In this document: piece by piece, positions 31,058 to 43,337 of the stretch | How positions within the stretch are numbered: the stretch's first letter is position 1 | Layout of the letters: each line of letters starts with the position of its first letter | Source of the DNA: Balanoglossus misakiensis | Taxonomy: Eukaryota; Animalia; Hemichordata | DNA: 64,000 nt | NCBI GenBank assembly: GCA_040954595.2 | Contig: CM082584.2 | Location: 12,747,166 to 12,811,165 of the forward strand | Reading direction: 5' to 3' | Notes under the pieces: model-generated | Told to the model about the DNA's origin: nothing | Databases searched by the model: none | The model's input: only the letters and a program-made list of their open reading frames with translations | Made by a program: the position numbers and the translations under genes

Positions 31058-31887
31058 ATGTCAACTCCTCAGGCGCCTAGTGCCCCGCCGACAATCAACG
31101 TGGGACAAGGTAAATAATAAGCTTTAATCTTATATTGTTCAGCCATGGTACTGAAACTGACAAAAAAAACCATTCAAGTTGTAAATGTTTATTCCTTTGA
31201 AGACCCAGATAACCTTTTGAATTTTCCAGAGAGACAAAATCGGAAGATCTTGGAAGATTTACAACAAGAAAAAAAGCGCTTGCGACTGATGCAAGGCCAG
31301 GGGCAACCAAACAGGTATGTATCAGAACAAATTTCACAGGTATGTTCAGTTGAAATGCCACATGCCCTTTGTGACACAACCATGGTCTTATCTATCTTGC
31401 AGTGCTGGAATACTAGTAGCTCAAAGTTCTATGCAGAGACCAGTACCAGTAAAAGACCAGCCTGGACAGGTGAGATCAAATACTGTTTCTTATTTAGCTG
31501 CTATGGGTCTGAGTAAATTATCAAGAACAAAAAGGCCAGTGGTTGACATCGATATGAAACTCAAGTTCTATTAATCTTCCAGATGAGTATGAGAGATCCT
31601 TCTGAAGCTCACCATTTAGCCATGTCACAAAGGACAGCGCTTCAGGTATGTCAATTTGTCTTGGATTTTCTTTGAATTCATAGTTTTGGACACAGAGAGT
31701 AGCTGGAACAATAACGATAACAGTAACGAGACCACCATGATAGCCATCATTGCACTCTAACTTTGTGTTCTTCTTTTTATTTCCGAAGCATGCCCATAGC
31801 AATTCAGTGGCTTACTTCATCACACAGGATTCATCCTTTGGAAACCTAATACTGCCAGTGATACCAAGAATACCACCAGATGCGTAG
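31058..31887 (+). CDS. INIP: SOSS complex subunit C (INTS3/NABP-interacting protein), ~121 aa
   Basis: Exons 31058-31109, 31230-31314, 31403-31469, 31583-31645, 31789-31887. 'NRKILEDLQQEKKRLRLM' and the diagnostic C-terminus 'ALQHAHSNSVAYFITQDSSFGNLILPVIPR'. Confidence 0.92.
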
Positions 31888-33759
31888 GCGTCAAGACTCT
31901 CTTTTCTTCTGAGAATAGCCAGATACTTAAACGATGTATATTCACCAGATATAGTTTTGTCTTGCTAATGTAATGCTTGAAAAGCTGATGTGATGCTTGC
32001 AATTTTTTCAGAAGCACCACAATTTCAAATGCTATGGATGGAAATTGTCCTGCAAAATGAAGCAGCTGTGTAAAAATGATCCGTGTTTGCAAAATATTTG
32101 CAATTAAGTCAAAGAATAAATTCAAATGCAAAACTTGATATCCACTGGTGATTTAGACAGCAATTTTCAGGAATGTCTTGGAAGAGTCAATCAACTTGTC
32201 ATGTGATGATTAGCAAAAATGAAATCATGGACTCAATTCAAGATATGAGAAAATGGAATAAAATGCTTTTATATGTACTGTCAAAATTGTTCCAGTATAT
32301 GTATAGCTTTGTTTGTGTGTGAGTGAATGCTACAATGTGTGTGCATGTGTAAGAATAGACAGCTTAGTCCTTGGAAAGTGATTTTTACATTATATTTACA
32401 AATGCATAACAAAACAATGCCAACAAATACAAGAATCAAATTAAAAGTTGCATATGTACTGCACTAAACTGATTTCCAATACACGAAGAGGAAATTCCTC
32501 TGTAACAAATTAGGTTATCAAGGGAATACATCATCCAGGGGCATGGTTTTCCCATCTCCCTGTATAGAGATCCAACTTGGACCAATCCATAGTGGTGAAA
32601 GGGTAAATTCGTCTTGACCATGCTGGATGACAGGGCAACTTCACAGTATTACATGGAATTCAAAGACTAAAATTTGAAATGTTTGTGCAGAGATGGTTGT
32701 AACTTTTTAATCTGCAGAGGAGTTCAGACTGTCTCACATGCATTATTATTTGACTGGTTGGACGTGACGATACAGGGCTTACGCCCAACCCCCACTACAT
32801 GACAGTCATTTTGATCATGTAGAGTGGTGAATAAGGGATCTACAGTTAGAAGAACTGAATGGGTGTGAGATTCACTGGAAGGTAGCATTGGAGTTAATTT
32901 TGCGTAGGTAAGATATCCACCACACTGCTTCTACCGGGGTGAAAATCACTCTGCAATTTTGTAGTAATTGTCAGAAATGGAAAGGTGTGTTCTAATAACA
33001 CCAAATACTATTTCTTTTACTTTCCTTTTACACAAACTAAATAATTTATCAAGACAATGTTTTCAATTAAGTTTTTCTCTATAAGCACGACGTGTGCCGA
33101 TTCTGGTCCAAATCAACGACTGGCAAATTTTATCCGCAAGACTCGCATGAGAATCTGATGTGACTTAAATTACTCTGTAAATGCTTTTCAATTACTTTGG
33201 GGAGATTTTCAAACAAAGGACATGTTCTTTTGATCAAAAACTGTATCGGTACATTGGAACACTTGATAGAAAGATAATACGAAAGGCATATAAATATTAC
33301 AAGTTTTTCTCACAAATTTTCAGAAGCATTCGTTTAAACACCTAGTATGATACAGTCTTTTTAAAAAACTATTAACACAGAATATTTGATATTTTGTTTT
33401 TGATCACCAAATAAAATATCTACCGTATAAACAGACAATCCCCTACTAACCAAAGAAATATTGCCATGGTAACCAATCCCCTTCTACGCAGGTATTGACT
33501 CTTCATATGCTGTTAAGTAAAAAAAGTTTCAAAACTTAACTTTCCTATATACACTTTTCTAATTTTATACACTGCAGCATGGAAAGTATGGAATAACAAT
33601 CAGGACTGACCAGAAAACTGGAAAGTTCTGTGAGACAGAAACATGTGAAAATTACATCTGAGAAATACATTTACATGTCAAAAGTTCATGAGTCGTACTC
33701 ACTTCTTTACACATTTTCTGGCTTTACTTACTATAGTAGTGGGCATTCGCCATGTAGCC

Positions 33760-34316
33760 TAGTCTGGCTCCGTCTCATTCTTTCCCACTACTGGCTGTGC
33801 TGTGCTGAAGAAAGGGTTTGGAGCAACATGGTGTCACGTGTGTGAAATATTATGGGATACTATACACCATTTTGGAAATTTACACAGGAGATTGACCAAT
33901 CAGATAACTTGACACTTTGCCCAGTTGAGAGACTAGAATGTTGATTATTCCTTGAAAACTAACAGTCAAAAGATGGTCAATTTGCTTCTTTGATAAAAAT
34001 CTGAGTAAAATTCAGATAAAATTGTTTTATTAATAAAAAGTGGTGGGCAATGAATGAAAAGTTGTGTTGTACGTATGAAAGTCTACAAATATGACCTGAT
34101 AAAAAAAATGACAGAAAGTGAACAGAAAGTTCCTGAAAAGGACTGGTGGTATTGTTCGTGTACAGGATAAAAATGAATTAGGATCAAAGCAATGTGTATT
34201 CTAAACTGTCCATTATTTGTAAGCATCTATGATCAACTTTATATGGGCCTGTTTGTAATTGGATCAAAATTACCCTATCATCCCTGGTATGTCTAGATTA
34301 CCTCTAGGCCAGACTA
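33760..34316. mobile_element. Possible degenerate MITE-like element
   Basis: Only a 9-bp terminal inverted repeat, TAGTCTGGC (33760-33768) / GCCAGACTA (34308-34316). No coding capacity and no clear target-site duplication. Confidence 0.2.
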
Positions 34317-34438
34317 TGTGAAGGTGAGAGTGGACAACTTAGAGACAAATTATTTGTTGTTGTTTTTAACTAAAAGCACACAAACATGAACAATGTATAA
34401 TACAAGATGAACTCTTGGACTCTGGAGAAGAGAAGCTT

Positions 34439-37400
34439 TCATTGGAGCTTGCAGTTGGTGAGTTTGCGTACTTTGTGCCGTGAAACGCTACTGCGTCTGG
34501 GTTCCTTCTGTAAAGCTGTGCTGCTGTTACCATTGGCAGCAGCTGAGGAGAGAAAATACAAGTACAGGGATGAGATCATGGATATCAATATACATGTCCT
34601 AGTCATGTGGCAGGGTTGGAACTGTTTTATTGACATAGTGAACTGTGGTATGGTTCAAACCTGAGAACGAAGTTAATCTTACCTGTAAATTCAGATTCAG
34701 CATTTTGTGGAGATGTATTTTCATCATCGAAGACTTCTGTTGGATATCCTTCTTCTTCTTCTTCTTCTTCTTCCCCCTCCTCCCCCTCCTCCTCTTCATT
34801 AAGTAAATCTTCAAGATACGGAACGACTGTCATGCTCCGGAGCTCATCCGAGCTATCCGGCAACGGAGGCAATGGAACTTCCTCACCCACCAATGGATGC
34901 TTTTTCATTACCCATCTGGTGTATAAGAAAAACATTAACAGCCAATTAGATACTAAGACTGAATTAGAATGTTATGTTCAGCAAACACCTGGTGAATGCC
35001 AGGATGAATGAACCAATGCTGTAGCATCTTCAAAATGTCTTTGTACTTCAACAATCTCATTCTCAAACATCAGTTCAAGGTGCTGATTACAGAACCAAAC
35101 TGTAGAAATAAGCAGAGATATACTCACGGATGTTGGAGAATTTGTTGCACTGATGACCTCTTGTCCGGTTCATACTCCAACATACCTGAAATCCATGAAT
35201 CGAGTTAGGAAAGCCTGTCGGATGAAACTGAAGTTGAAACTCAGAACAAGAAAACATGTAGTGGAAAAACTGCACAAAGATAAAGATAATGTCCCTTACC
35301 TTTAAGTAGTTCAGCCAGCAAGGGTCCAACTTCTTCTGGCATTGTAAACTCTCCTTTGCCAATATTTTCAAACAGTTTGTAAATGTTATCACCCTCAAAT
35401 GGGTATTTCCCAGTTGTTATGTTAAATCTAACAATGAAAAAGAAAATAATGAAAAATGGTCAAGATCTGTTGTTGGGATCAACTTGATATGATCTCTTCA
35501 AATGAAGTTGCTAAATTTCCCCAAAAATTCCTGTAAAATTCCCTACACAGGAATAGTTAACCCCACATAGGCAATACTGAATGTTGCGGATGTACTTACA
35601 ATGTGATTCCAGCTGACCAGACATCCACTTTGAATCCAGAAAAACAATCAAGGCCATTGGCAATCTCTGGTGGCTGGAAAGCTGGAGAACCCTGACTAGT
35701 TCGACATGTATCATCTTCTGCAAACTGATCTAGTTGCTGTGTTGGAAAGGAAATATTGATGAGGTCTCTGCTTTTTTTATTCCGTATATGAGCAGCAACA
35801 CTACACCAAACCAGTGTATAAAATAGCACAGTACAACAGAACATGGCACAACACAACACAACCAAACACTCGACATCAGCTACAACAAAAATGCAGCACA
35901 CAACACTGCACAACACAACACAACACACTAGTGCACACCACATAACACAATGACTTACCTCAGCTACACCTAGATCAGATATTTTGAGTGTTCCATCAGT
36001 TGTCAATAGTAGATTTCCTGGTTTTATATCTTTATGTACAATGCCTTTACTGTGTAGATACTCTAATCCGACCATTAGCTGTGCGAAATACCTACAACAA
36101 GAATACATTTTTTTAGAAAAGAAGAACCCCATTAATTTCTTTATTCCCCTTATAAATTCCTAAAGATTATTCTCCAAAAATACAATGAACATCATTTCAA
36201 AAAGCCATAAACTAGAGCATGTGATTCAGCGATGCTTACTCTGGGACAATCGGCAACCACAGATCAGCAAAGGTGACTGAGAACTTTAACACTTACCTAT
36301 GAGCTTGCCATACTGGAAATTTCTTCTCTGGAACACTGTCTAAAATCTCTTGTAATCCTCCGACACAATATTCCATAACAAGGTACGTGGCTTGTTGTTA
36401 AGGCCAATACTGAAGATACAACGTTCATTACAGGGACCAAATTAACCATCAACTGTACTTGTTTGATATTGATCAATAAAAGCACTGTGCCATGGCACGC
36501 TGCCAATATTTGCGAAACCACTGCATGAGTATGATTTCAAGGGTTTGACCCATTTGATCATATATCCTAGATAATGTAATCAACAACTTAATAGGATGAT
36601 GTGCTTTAAACATTGATGTAAAGGATATATCTTTTGTTTTTCATCATTGTAGAGCACCTCTACAAGACCAATGATGTTTTTGTGCCGAAGCCTCTTAAGT
36701 AGCCTAATTTCCCTGAAATGGTAAGAGAAAGGAAAGATTTTGAATTATTTTTGAGATATTGCAATAATGTGCACTCACAGAGTTGTCTGAGGACCAGGTC
36801 CAAAGGTATCAGACTCTTTGAGTGATAAATTTCTTTTGGTAATCCCTTTGGATCGATTGACATTCAGTGGTACATCTGTTGGGTTCTGGGGGAAGGGGGA
36901 GTTTATCTACACAACTTGTATTTCCCATGATTTTGTTGTTTCCACCAGAAAGGTACACCTAAATCAACTTAGTTCAAATGATACAAACAACATCAAGGAT
37001 ATGATAAGGTAGCCTACCATACCCAACAATGAGAGGGTGACGGGGCTACCATGCCAGTACAACAACAGACTTCCCAGGGTCAGTGAACTTTTCACACTCG
37101 GAGTCGGACAAAATAACTGTTCAAAATATCTTTATTTATTACTTTTTGTCGCGACCCATCTATTAATTGTGGGCGGGGCTTGCATGTATTGTAAGTTTCT
37201 AGTTAGTACATTTTTAACAATGATTGTCAAGTTGTTTTTTCTCGACATGTTTGTTCGTGCAGATACGTTATTTATACATTACATGGCCACAGCACCCGTC
37301 AATTATTGCTATTTGAAACTTTTTGTTTACACTGTGGAGCTCGCGCTTATCGAAACTGCAGCCGCTCACCTGGGCTTCCCCGCCCACTTTCAAGGGCACA

Positions 37401-37905
37401 ACAACATTGCAGATTTGCCACCATCAGATTTATCTTGGAATCGCGTAAAAGTCGCAATTATATCATAATACAGCGCAAAAATGGAAATACCACTTAGAAA
37501 TAAAAGGCGCTTGATGTGCGCGCAGACATGAGAACTTGGAAAAAGCGTACAAACTTTACGTTACCTTTGAACGTTCGTCTCTCCGTTTGGAATCTTGCGA
37601 AGTTTCTTCTTTTTCAAAATTTTCACTGCTCGCCTACACAAAGTCTCTGTATCAAGCAATTCCTTCACTTTCCCATACGAGCCCTCTCCAAGGGTGTCTC
37701 CCATGAGATACCTGCCGATCATTTTCGCCCTCTTCTTTCTTGGCGAATATATGATTTCAGAAGAGTTTACTCGATGGATGAACGGAAAGTTGTCGTCTCC
37801 ATCATTTAACCAGTCTATTTCATCGGTAGCATCATCGATGAATTTGTGATGAAAGCATTCCGCTTGAATGTCAGCTTCAATGTTTGCCTCTCCAAAATCT
37901 ACCAT
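34439..37905 (-). CDS. STK11: Serine/threonine kinase 11 (LKB1)
   Basis: '[41 protein letters not shown]', '[11 protein letters not shown]', 'ISDLGVAE', '[19 protein letters not shown]', '[15 protein letters not shown]', '[12 protein letters not shown]', C-terminal CaaX 'RKLTNCKLQ*'. Exon 1 37905-37565, exon 2 36712-36629 (84 bp), exon 3 36386-36297 (90 bp); nine coding exons. Confidence 0.97.
34748..34797 (-). repeat. GAA/GAG acidic (poly-Glu) tract in the STK11 C-terminal region
   Basis: + strand (CTT)n/(CCT)n encoding '[17 protein letters not shown]'. Confidence 0.8.
35795..35950. repeat. Degenerate (AACAC)n simple repeat in an STK11 intron
   Basis: 'acacaacacaaccaaacac', 'aacacaacacaacacacta', 'cataacacaa'. 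This explains the Cys/Val-rich spurious part of ORF 35596-36132. Confidence 0.7.
36387..36628 (-). other. U12-type AT-AC intron (STK11 intron 2)
   Basis: Donor ATATCCTTT, branch site CCTTAAC (36397-36403), terminal AC. Splicing gives '[15 protein letters not shown]'. Confidence 0.93.
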
Positions 37906-38135
37906 TTTAGAAGCATAAATAACAAAGCTATAAGTTAAAACTTGCGAAAACGCTGCAGCTACTTCATACTGCACTTCTCTCCATGTTGCTGTCCGCCATA
38001 TTTGTTAGCCCCAAAGTCACGTGATAGCATTGCATTCTGGGTCTTCACTGTTTACGGAAGACATTTTTCAACGCGAAACCTCAGCGTGACCTACTTTGAA
38101 ATAAATTATATCGATCTCAGCGGCCGGTACCGTAA
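37906..38135. promoter_or_regulatory. Compact bidirectional promoter shared by STK11 and the WD40-SOCS gene
   Basis: Minus-strand YY1-like AATATGGCGG (~37993-38002), E-box GTCACGTGA (~38016-38024), ETS CGGAAG (~38055), and a + strand donor 'acc|GTAAGT' at ~38132 for a non-coding first exon. Confidence 0.55.
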
Positions 38136-38708
38136 GTATGAATCTACAATTTTGATCATGTTTCAGATCGCAAGGCAAATGAGATCATAGCCTATTATAG
38201 CCACTTTTACCCCTGTATAATAAGTTTTCTCTCACCTGACGTATGCCCCACCCCCTCCCCACAGCAGTTGTCACCTCCCCGCCCACTTACACTGAAGGCA
38301 CGAAATGATCGGGAGGGGGGGGGGGGTTGTGTTACCCAAAGTTATAGCAGGTGGCTTGGTTGATGTTTATAAATAGTTATGACATTGCTGTGATACTATG
38401 AAAGGTTTCCTACTTGTCATGAGTAATCCTGTGGATGACCTCACATCACCCAGGTGACTGAGGTCATTCTCATCTCTCGCATCAGCTGGGTTTGACTTGC
38501 CATCCATAAAATGTGTGATTTCACCACTATTTATGGGACATGTTCTGGCAGCAGACTACCCAAGAGAGTGGCAGAGTGGTGTTAACAGCAATTATAGTGA
38601 ATTCTTGAATTATATTTTCCCTTTTGATGCTGATTCTTTCAGAAACTTCAAGAAATTATGCGATAACACCACTTAGAAACAGACGCGTTCAAATATCTCA
38701 AGTACAGG

Positions 38709-40187
38709 ATGGGCAACCTTGTTGTTGTTGATGCCACCAAAAGACAGGTGCCAGACACGCCCTGGAAACCATTCCCTAACATCATATCGGCCGACAACAC
38801 AGAAAGTGACAGCAGGAGCGATGATGATAGTGGTAGCCATGATGCTGATGCAGCTCATACTAGTGGCAGAATAATATTGATGCTAGATCCAGTCTCAGGG
38901 CTGTCTGAATTCCGGATGTCAACCCCCGACTTGCTCTGGTGGACATATGCACAGTTTATGCCGCTTGATGACTCCAAGTTGCTGTCCAGCGTTGGTGTGT
39001 ACGTCCCAAGGCCTGGCAGAACGGTGACTGGAGCTCACAGACGAGTGCAAGGAAGGATCGGTCTTTGGAATCTTAGCATGCGGCCAGTTGGTCAGTTATT
39101 ATTTTTGTCATATACATTGTGCAAATTTCATTGACATTATGTTGCCAATAAATCATGCATCTATTCTAAATCTTTTCTTTTTCTGTTGACAGATATCACC
39201 CTGATATGTCAAAGGGGAAGTGCAACCTGGCCCCACTGTCAAGTCACTCCTAACTCAAAATACTTGTGCTACATTGGGAGGGCAGAAATTGTCACACAGA
39301 ACCTCAAGACAGGGCAAAGACTGGTGAAGCACAGAGACCTCAGGATGGGGAACTTTCGATTCTGCGTTCTCTCTCCGAACGGCATCTACTTGGCAATTCT
39401 GATGCGACTGGGAAACCACTTTGAATTAGCCGTTCTGACTGTAGATATGTTCCAGCGGTGTAACGAGGTCATGTGCCATCACATATGCCCCGGTTTTGTA
39501 GGATCTCCGAATTATTCCGACCACGTGGAATGCAGCTTTTCCCCGGATAGCAAATACATCGCCGTTAGTTCATCGTTCGGAAAATTCTTCGTCGTGCAGA
39601 GGGATCCTCTGAAGTGTTACAAGTTGATGACCCCTGGGATTGTCCCCACTTCTCACGGTGCACTAGAAGACGCAAGAACATTTGACTATGACCCGCGCTA
39701 TCGTCATGAAATGATAGCTCTTTCAACTTCAGACAAGCACATTTTAGTGTACAATCTAGAACAGGAAAACTGTATCATAGATGAAGAAATCCCCACAGGT
39801 GTCGGAACAGTGGAAGTACTCAAATACAGCAATGATGGACACTTGTTGGGTGTGGCTACATCCAGCACTGTTATATTGATGTATGACAGTGACAGTTGTA
39901 GTCTGATGTACACACTGGACATGTCCTCCCAGGGAAGTGAGTACGCCATGGGGCCAATGCCTAATGGATACCCATCCATGCTACGACTGGCATGGAGTCA
40001 CAGTGGGCAACAACTGGCGGTGTGTAGCGCTGACGGATTTGTGAGGATATGGCAGCTTCCACGATATCTCAATTTACAGCACTTCTGTCGGTTGACGATC
40101 ATAAAACACCTGCCAGCAAAACAGGTCTACTCTCTACCTCTACCATCTAAACTCATTGATTTCATTCTGTATAATCCAACTAGATGA
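38709..40187 (+). CDS. WD40-repeat and SOCS-box protein (WSB-like E3 substrate adaptor), ~458 aa
   Basis: Exons 38709-39090 and 39193-40187 (phase 1). WD repeats 'CSFSPDSKYIAVSS', 'LKYSNDGHLLGVAT', 'LAWSHSGQQLAVCSADGFVRIW'; SOCS box 'NLQHFCRLTIIKHLPAKQVYSLPLPSKLIDFILY'. Confidence 0.85.
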
Positions 40188-43100
40188 AACAAGCAGCTCA
40201 GTGTATCAGAGGTCTGATAAGAATGCTGTGCTGTATAGCTGTTTGGTATTCAGTGAATGGTTCTTTCAAAATCTTTTTGAACTAGTTTTAGTGGTAATGC
40301 TAGATTGATACAGATAATTGCTTGAATGAAAAAAAATAGGTTTTAGGTAATGCATATGGAATGGTCACAAAATTTGTCGGAGTCATTCTGTGAAATAAAA
40401 GTTTGGCCAGTCAGATCGGTTCTGCACACATAACATGGGATGTAGCAGATAGTAACCGTAGCAACTCATTCATCCTGGCTTTTTGCATGTTTAAATGGTT
40501 TAATAAATTACTCCTTGAGGTCAATGTTGACATACAACTCTGGTACCATAGATTTGACCTTGTATAGAATCAGTGTTGTACAAAGTTTCAAAGTCTCTCT
40601 CTCACCGTAGATGTACATTTTATCAATTCTGGATTTTCTGAAGACACAAAGTACTTCACATTTGTAGCAGATACCACGTCTTTGTTGAATGTGCAATAAA
40701 TGACTTTCAAGATTATTTGTTGTTTGTTTTTCTTTCAGTCTTACTTCTACTTTTATTGGAGATGAGGCCAGTCTCTTCATTGTACAATTGTTTGTCATCT
40801 TGTTACCAATGTCCTAATGGATAAAACTGCAGGCCAGCATATCACACGCACCTTTGAATTGGAAAAATCTGCACAGCCTTAATGACCGGGCATTACACAA
40901 AATGATATGTAGAATGGTGTTTTAATGTAACCTGTTTGATATAAATATATTACAGAATAACAACTAAAGCAGTGATTACTTGGCTATAAAATAAAATGCA
41001 TAGTTCAAGATACAGCTAAATAAAGACATAAAGTAAATAAAGTCTAATAACTCAACATAAAAAAGTTGAATTTTAAGATTGAGATAGAGACTGTGATATT
41101 GAGAGTCACAGTGGAAGAAACAGTCATTGTCATTGCCGATAGTCATTTTCATGGTGACGGTCATTGGATCACTAACCACTTGACCCTACCTTTGTCTGTG
41201 CGTCTGACCTCGGCGTCGGCCTGACCCTTGACACGGGCTGACGTTAGATTTGTTACTGCATCTTCTGTCAGACACCAGCTGACCTTTGACATTGTCTTAG
41301 ATTATCTCTGATCTCTGACCAAGTGGTCCTAACCCTCCCCTCCCGCAGTTATCACTGAATCTGATCCAGTCTGACATTGAAATCTTTGCCCAACCCATTT
41401 TCTGCCACTATCTATGCATATATATAACAAAATAATATTTTCATCTCTACAGCCATTTCACTATATGCTTACAAAACTGAGTTCTAAGTTTTGGAGTATC
41501 ACAATAAATAAATAAATGTACAAATTGTATTCACAATTAAATTTAAATGTGTTTAAACTATCGTAATATTTGAGGTGTTTGGTCTCCCTTTGGTTTTCTA
41601 GACTCAACTTGATATACAATACACTCTCACACCAAAGGCATCATCAAATCAGTGCAATTTAGCTGTCAATTTTTAACCTTGACGCATGATTAACCTTTTC
41701 ACATTATCTCAGATTTCTTCTACTGATTTTCACTATCTGACATATAAGTACACAATTTAGTTTTCCAAATAAAATAATCAGTTTCAAATCATACTTGCTA
41801 CAGCCTTTGGCAAGTTTAAAAAAAGAGATAAACAAGTTTAAATAAATTTCAATGTGAGGTATATGTGGTGAAGCGGGGCTATAGATCGCACTTCAAAAAA
41901 ATTATAATACTGACATCTTCAATTCCTAACATCATGCAGGCTAAGAGGTCAGAGTTAAAAGTTCAACAAACGACCTTTACTTGTTGCGCTTTCAAACTTT
42001 GTAATCCAGTTAAGAAAGACATGCGCGTACAATGTCAATGCATAGCTTCATACCATATTTCATCAAAGATCTTGAGTTCTCGTAATCTCAAGAAACATTG
42101 TCATTATTATTGGCAAAGGTAAAACAATTGTGGTGGAGTTGACAGTCATTCTTGTGTTTATGTGACATCATGCTGACTTTTCAGTGGCATTCACTTTTCA
42201 GTTCGAAAAAGGCACTCTTAGGTGTTGGACGGAACTACTGTTAACATACAACCATTACCTTCTAGTGTAAGCCCCCATTCCTTGTGTAACTTTTGGCCCT
42301 TGTTGTTGAAAGTTCACGACCAGAATCATGTTCACAGGTCAAAATATTCGACATAATCATTAGTTCTGACCAGTTTTGACACTTCTTTTGGACCAAACTA
42401 GAAAAGAATTCCACACTGATTATCTACATGATTGAAAATTAGCAGAGAAAAGCGTGAAAGATGAAAAAGAGAAATGTCAGATTAATGATTCTTGTATGTT
42501 CAAGGCTTTCATTCTCTCCCCTTTCCCGTACATGGATCCAATGGTGTTAGAGAAAAAAATGGATCAAACTACTGAGACGGGGGAGGGGAAAGGATCATGG
42601 AACAACACACCATAACCCTTTTTTCATTTAGAGTAAAGAAATTACTTGTGCTTAAATGTTTAAAATTACATATTTAAGTACTGTAGATGCAGAGACCAAT
42701 ATGACTTTGTTTAGTTCTCTAGCTGCAAGAGCATGACTTGTGATCGAGTATCTAGAAGAGCTTCTTTTCCCGCACTGACAATTTCTTTGCACTGAAATAT
42801 AAAATGGTAGCACTTTGCATAGTGAAAATAAAGTGAACAGAAATCATTAAGATTGTAGTTGCAATACATTAGATTGAAATTCATCTTTGAGTCAACGATA
42901 ACTCTATGCTTACATGATGGCACTTGGTAATCTATAGAGCGCAACAGTCTTTTATGGCTACAGAGTATAATTTGACTCATTTTGTTGTTGGGTATTTCAT
43001 AAGTCTTAAGAAAACAACATAGATTTATATCACATGTCACAACATAGAATAATTAAAAACTGTTTGCTATGCTAAACTTTTGACATTGTCTCATACAATC

Positions 43101-43337
43101 GAGATTCCATGTCCAAGTACATCAGAGTTATTGCTAGAGTGCCACTTGACTTATTCCAGCTAGCTCATTTCCATAAAACAGCCACATGACGTGTAGATAA
43201 GGATGATCTGCATCAATGCTGCAGCGCTGTGATGCAGCTAGTCTTGAGTTGTATTGGATGTGGTGACCAAAACCTCATCCAGGGCTCACATAACAACAGC
43301 ACTCTCTCTGGGATAAATAACAGCGCCCTCTAGGGAT

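Noticed and set aside
31058-31887. MED30 call prompted by the 'MSTP' N-terminus
   Set aside because: The downstream exons carry the SOSS-C/INIP signature (ITQDSSFGNLILPV).
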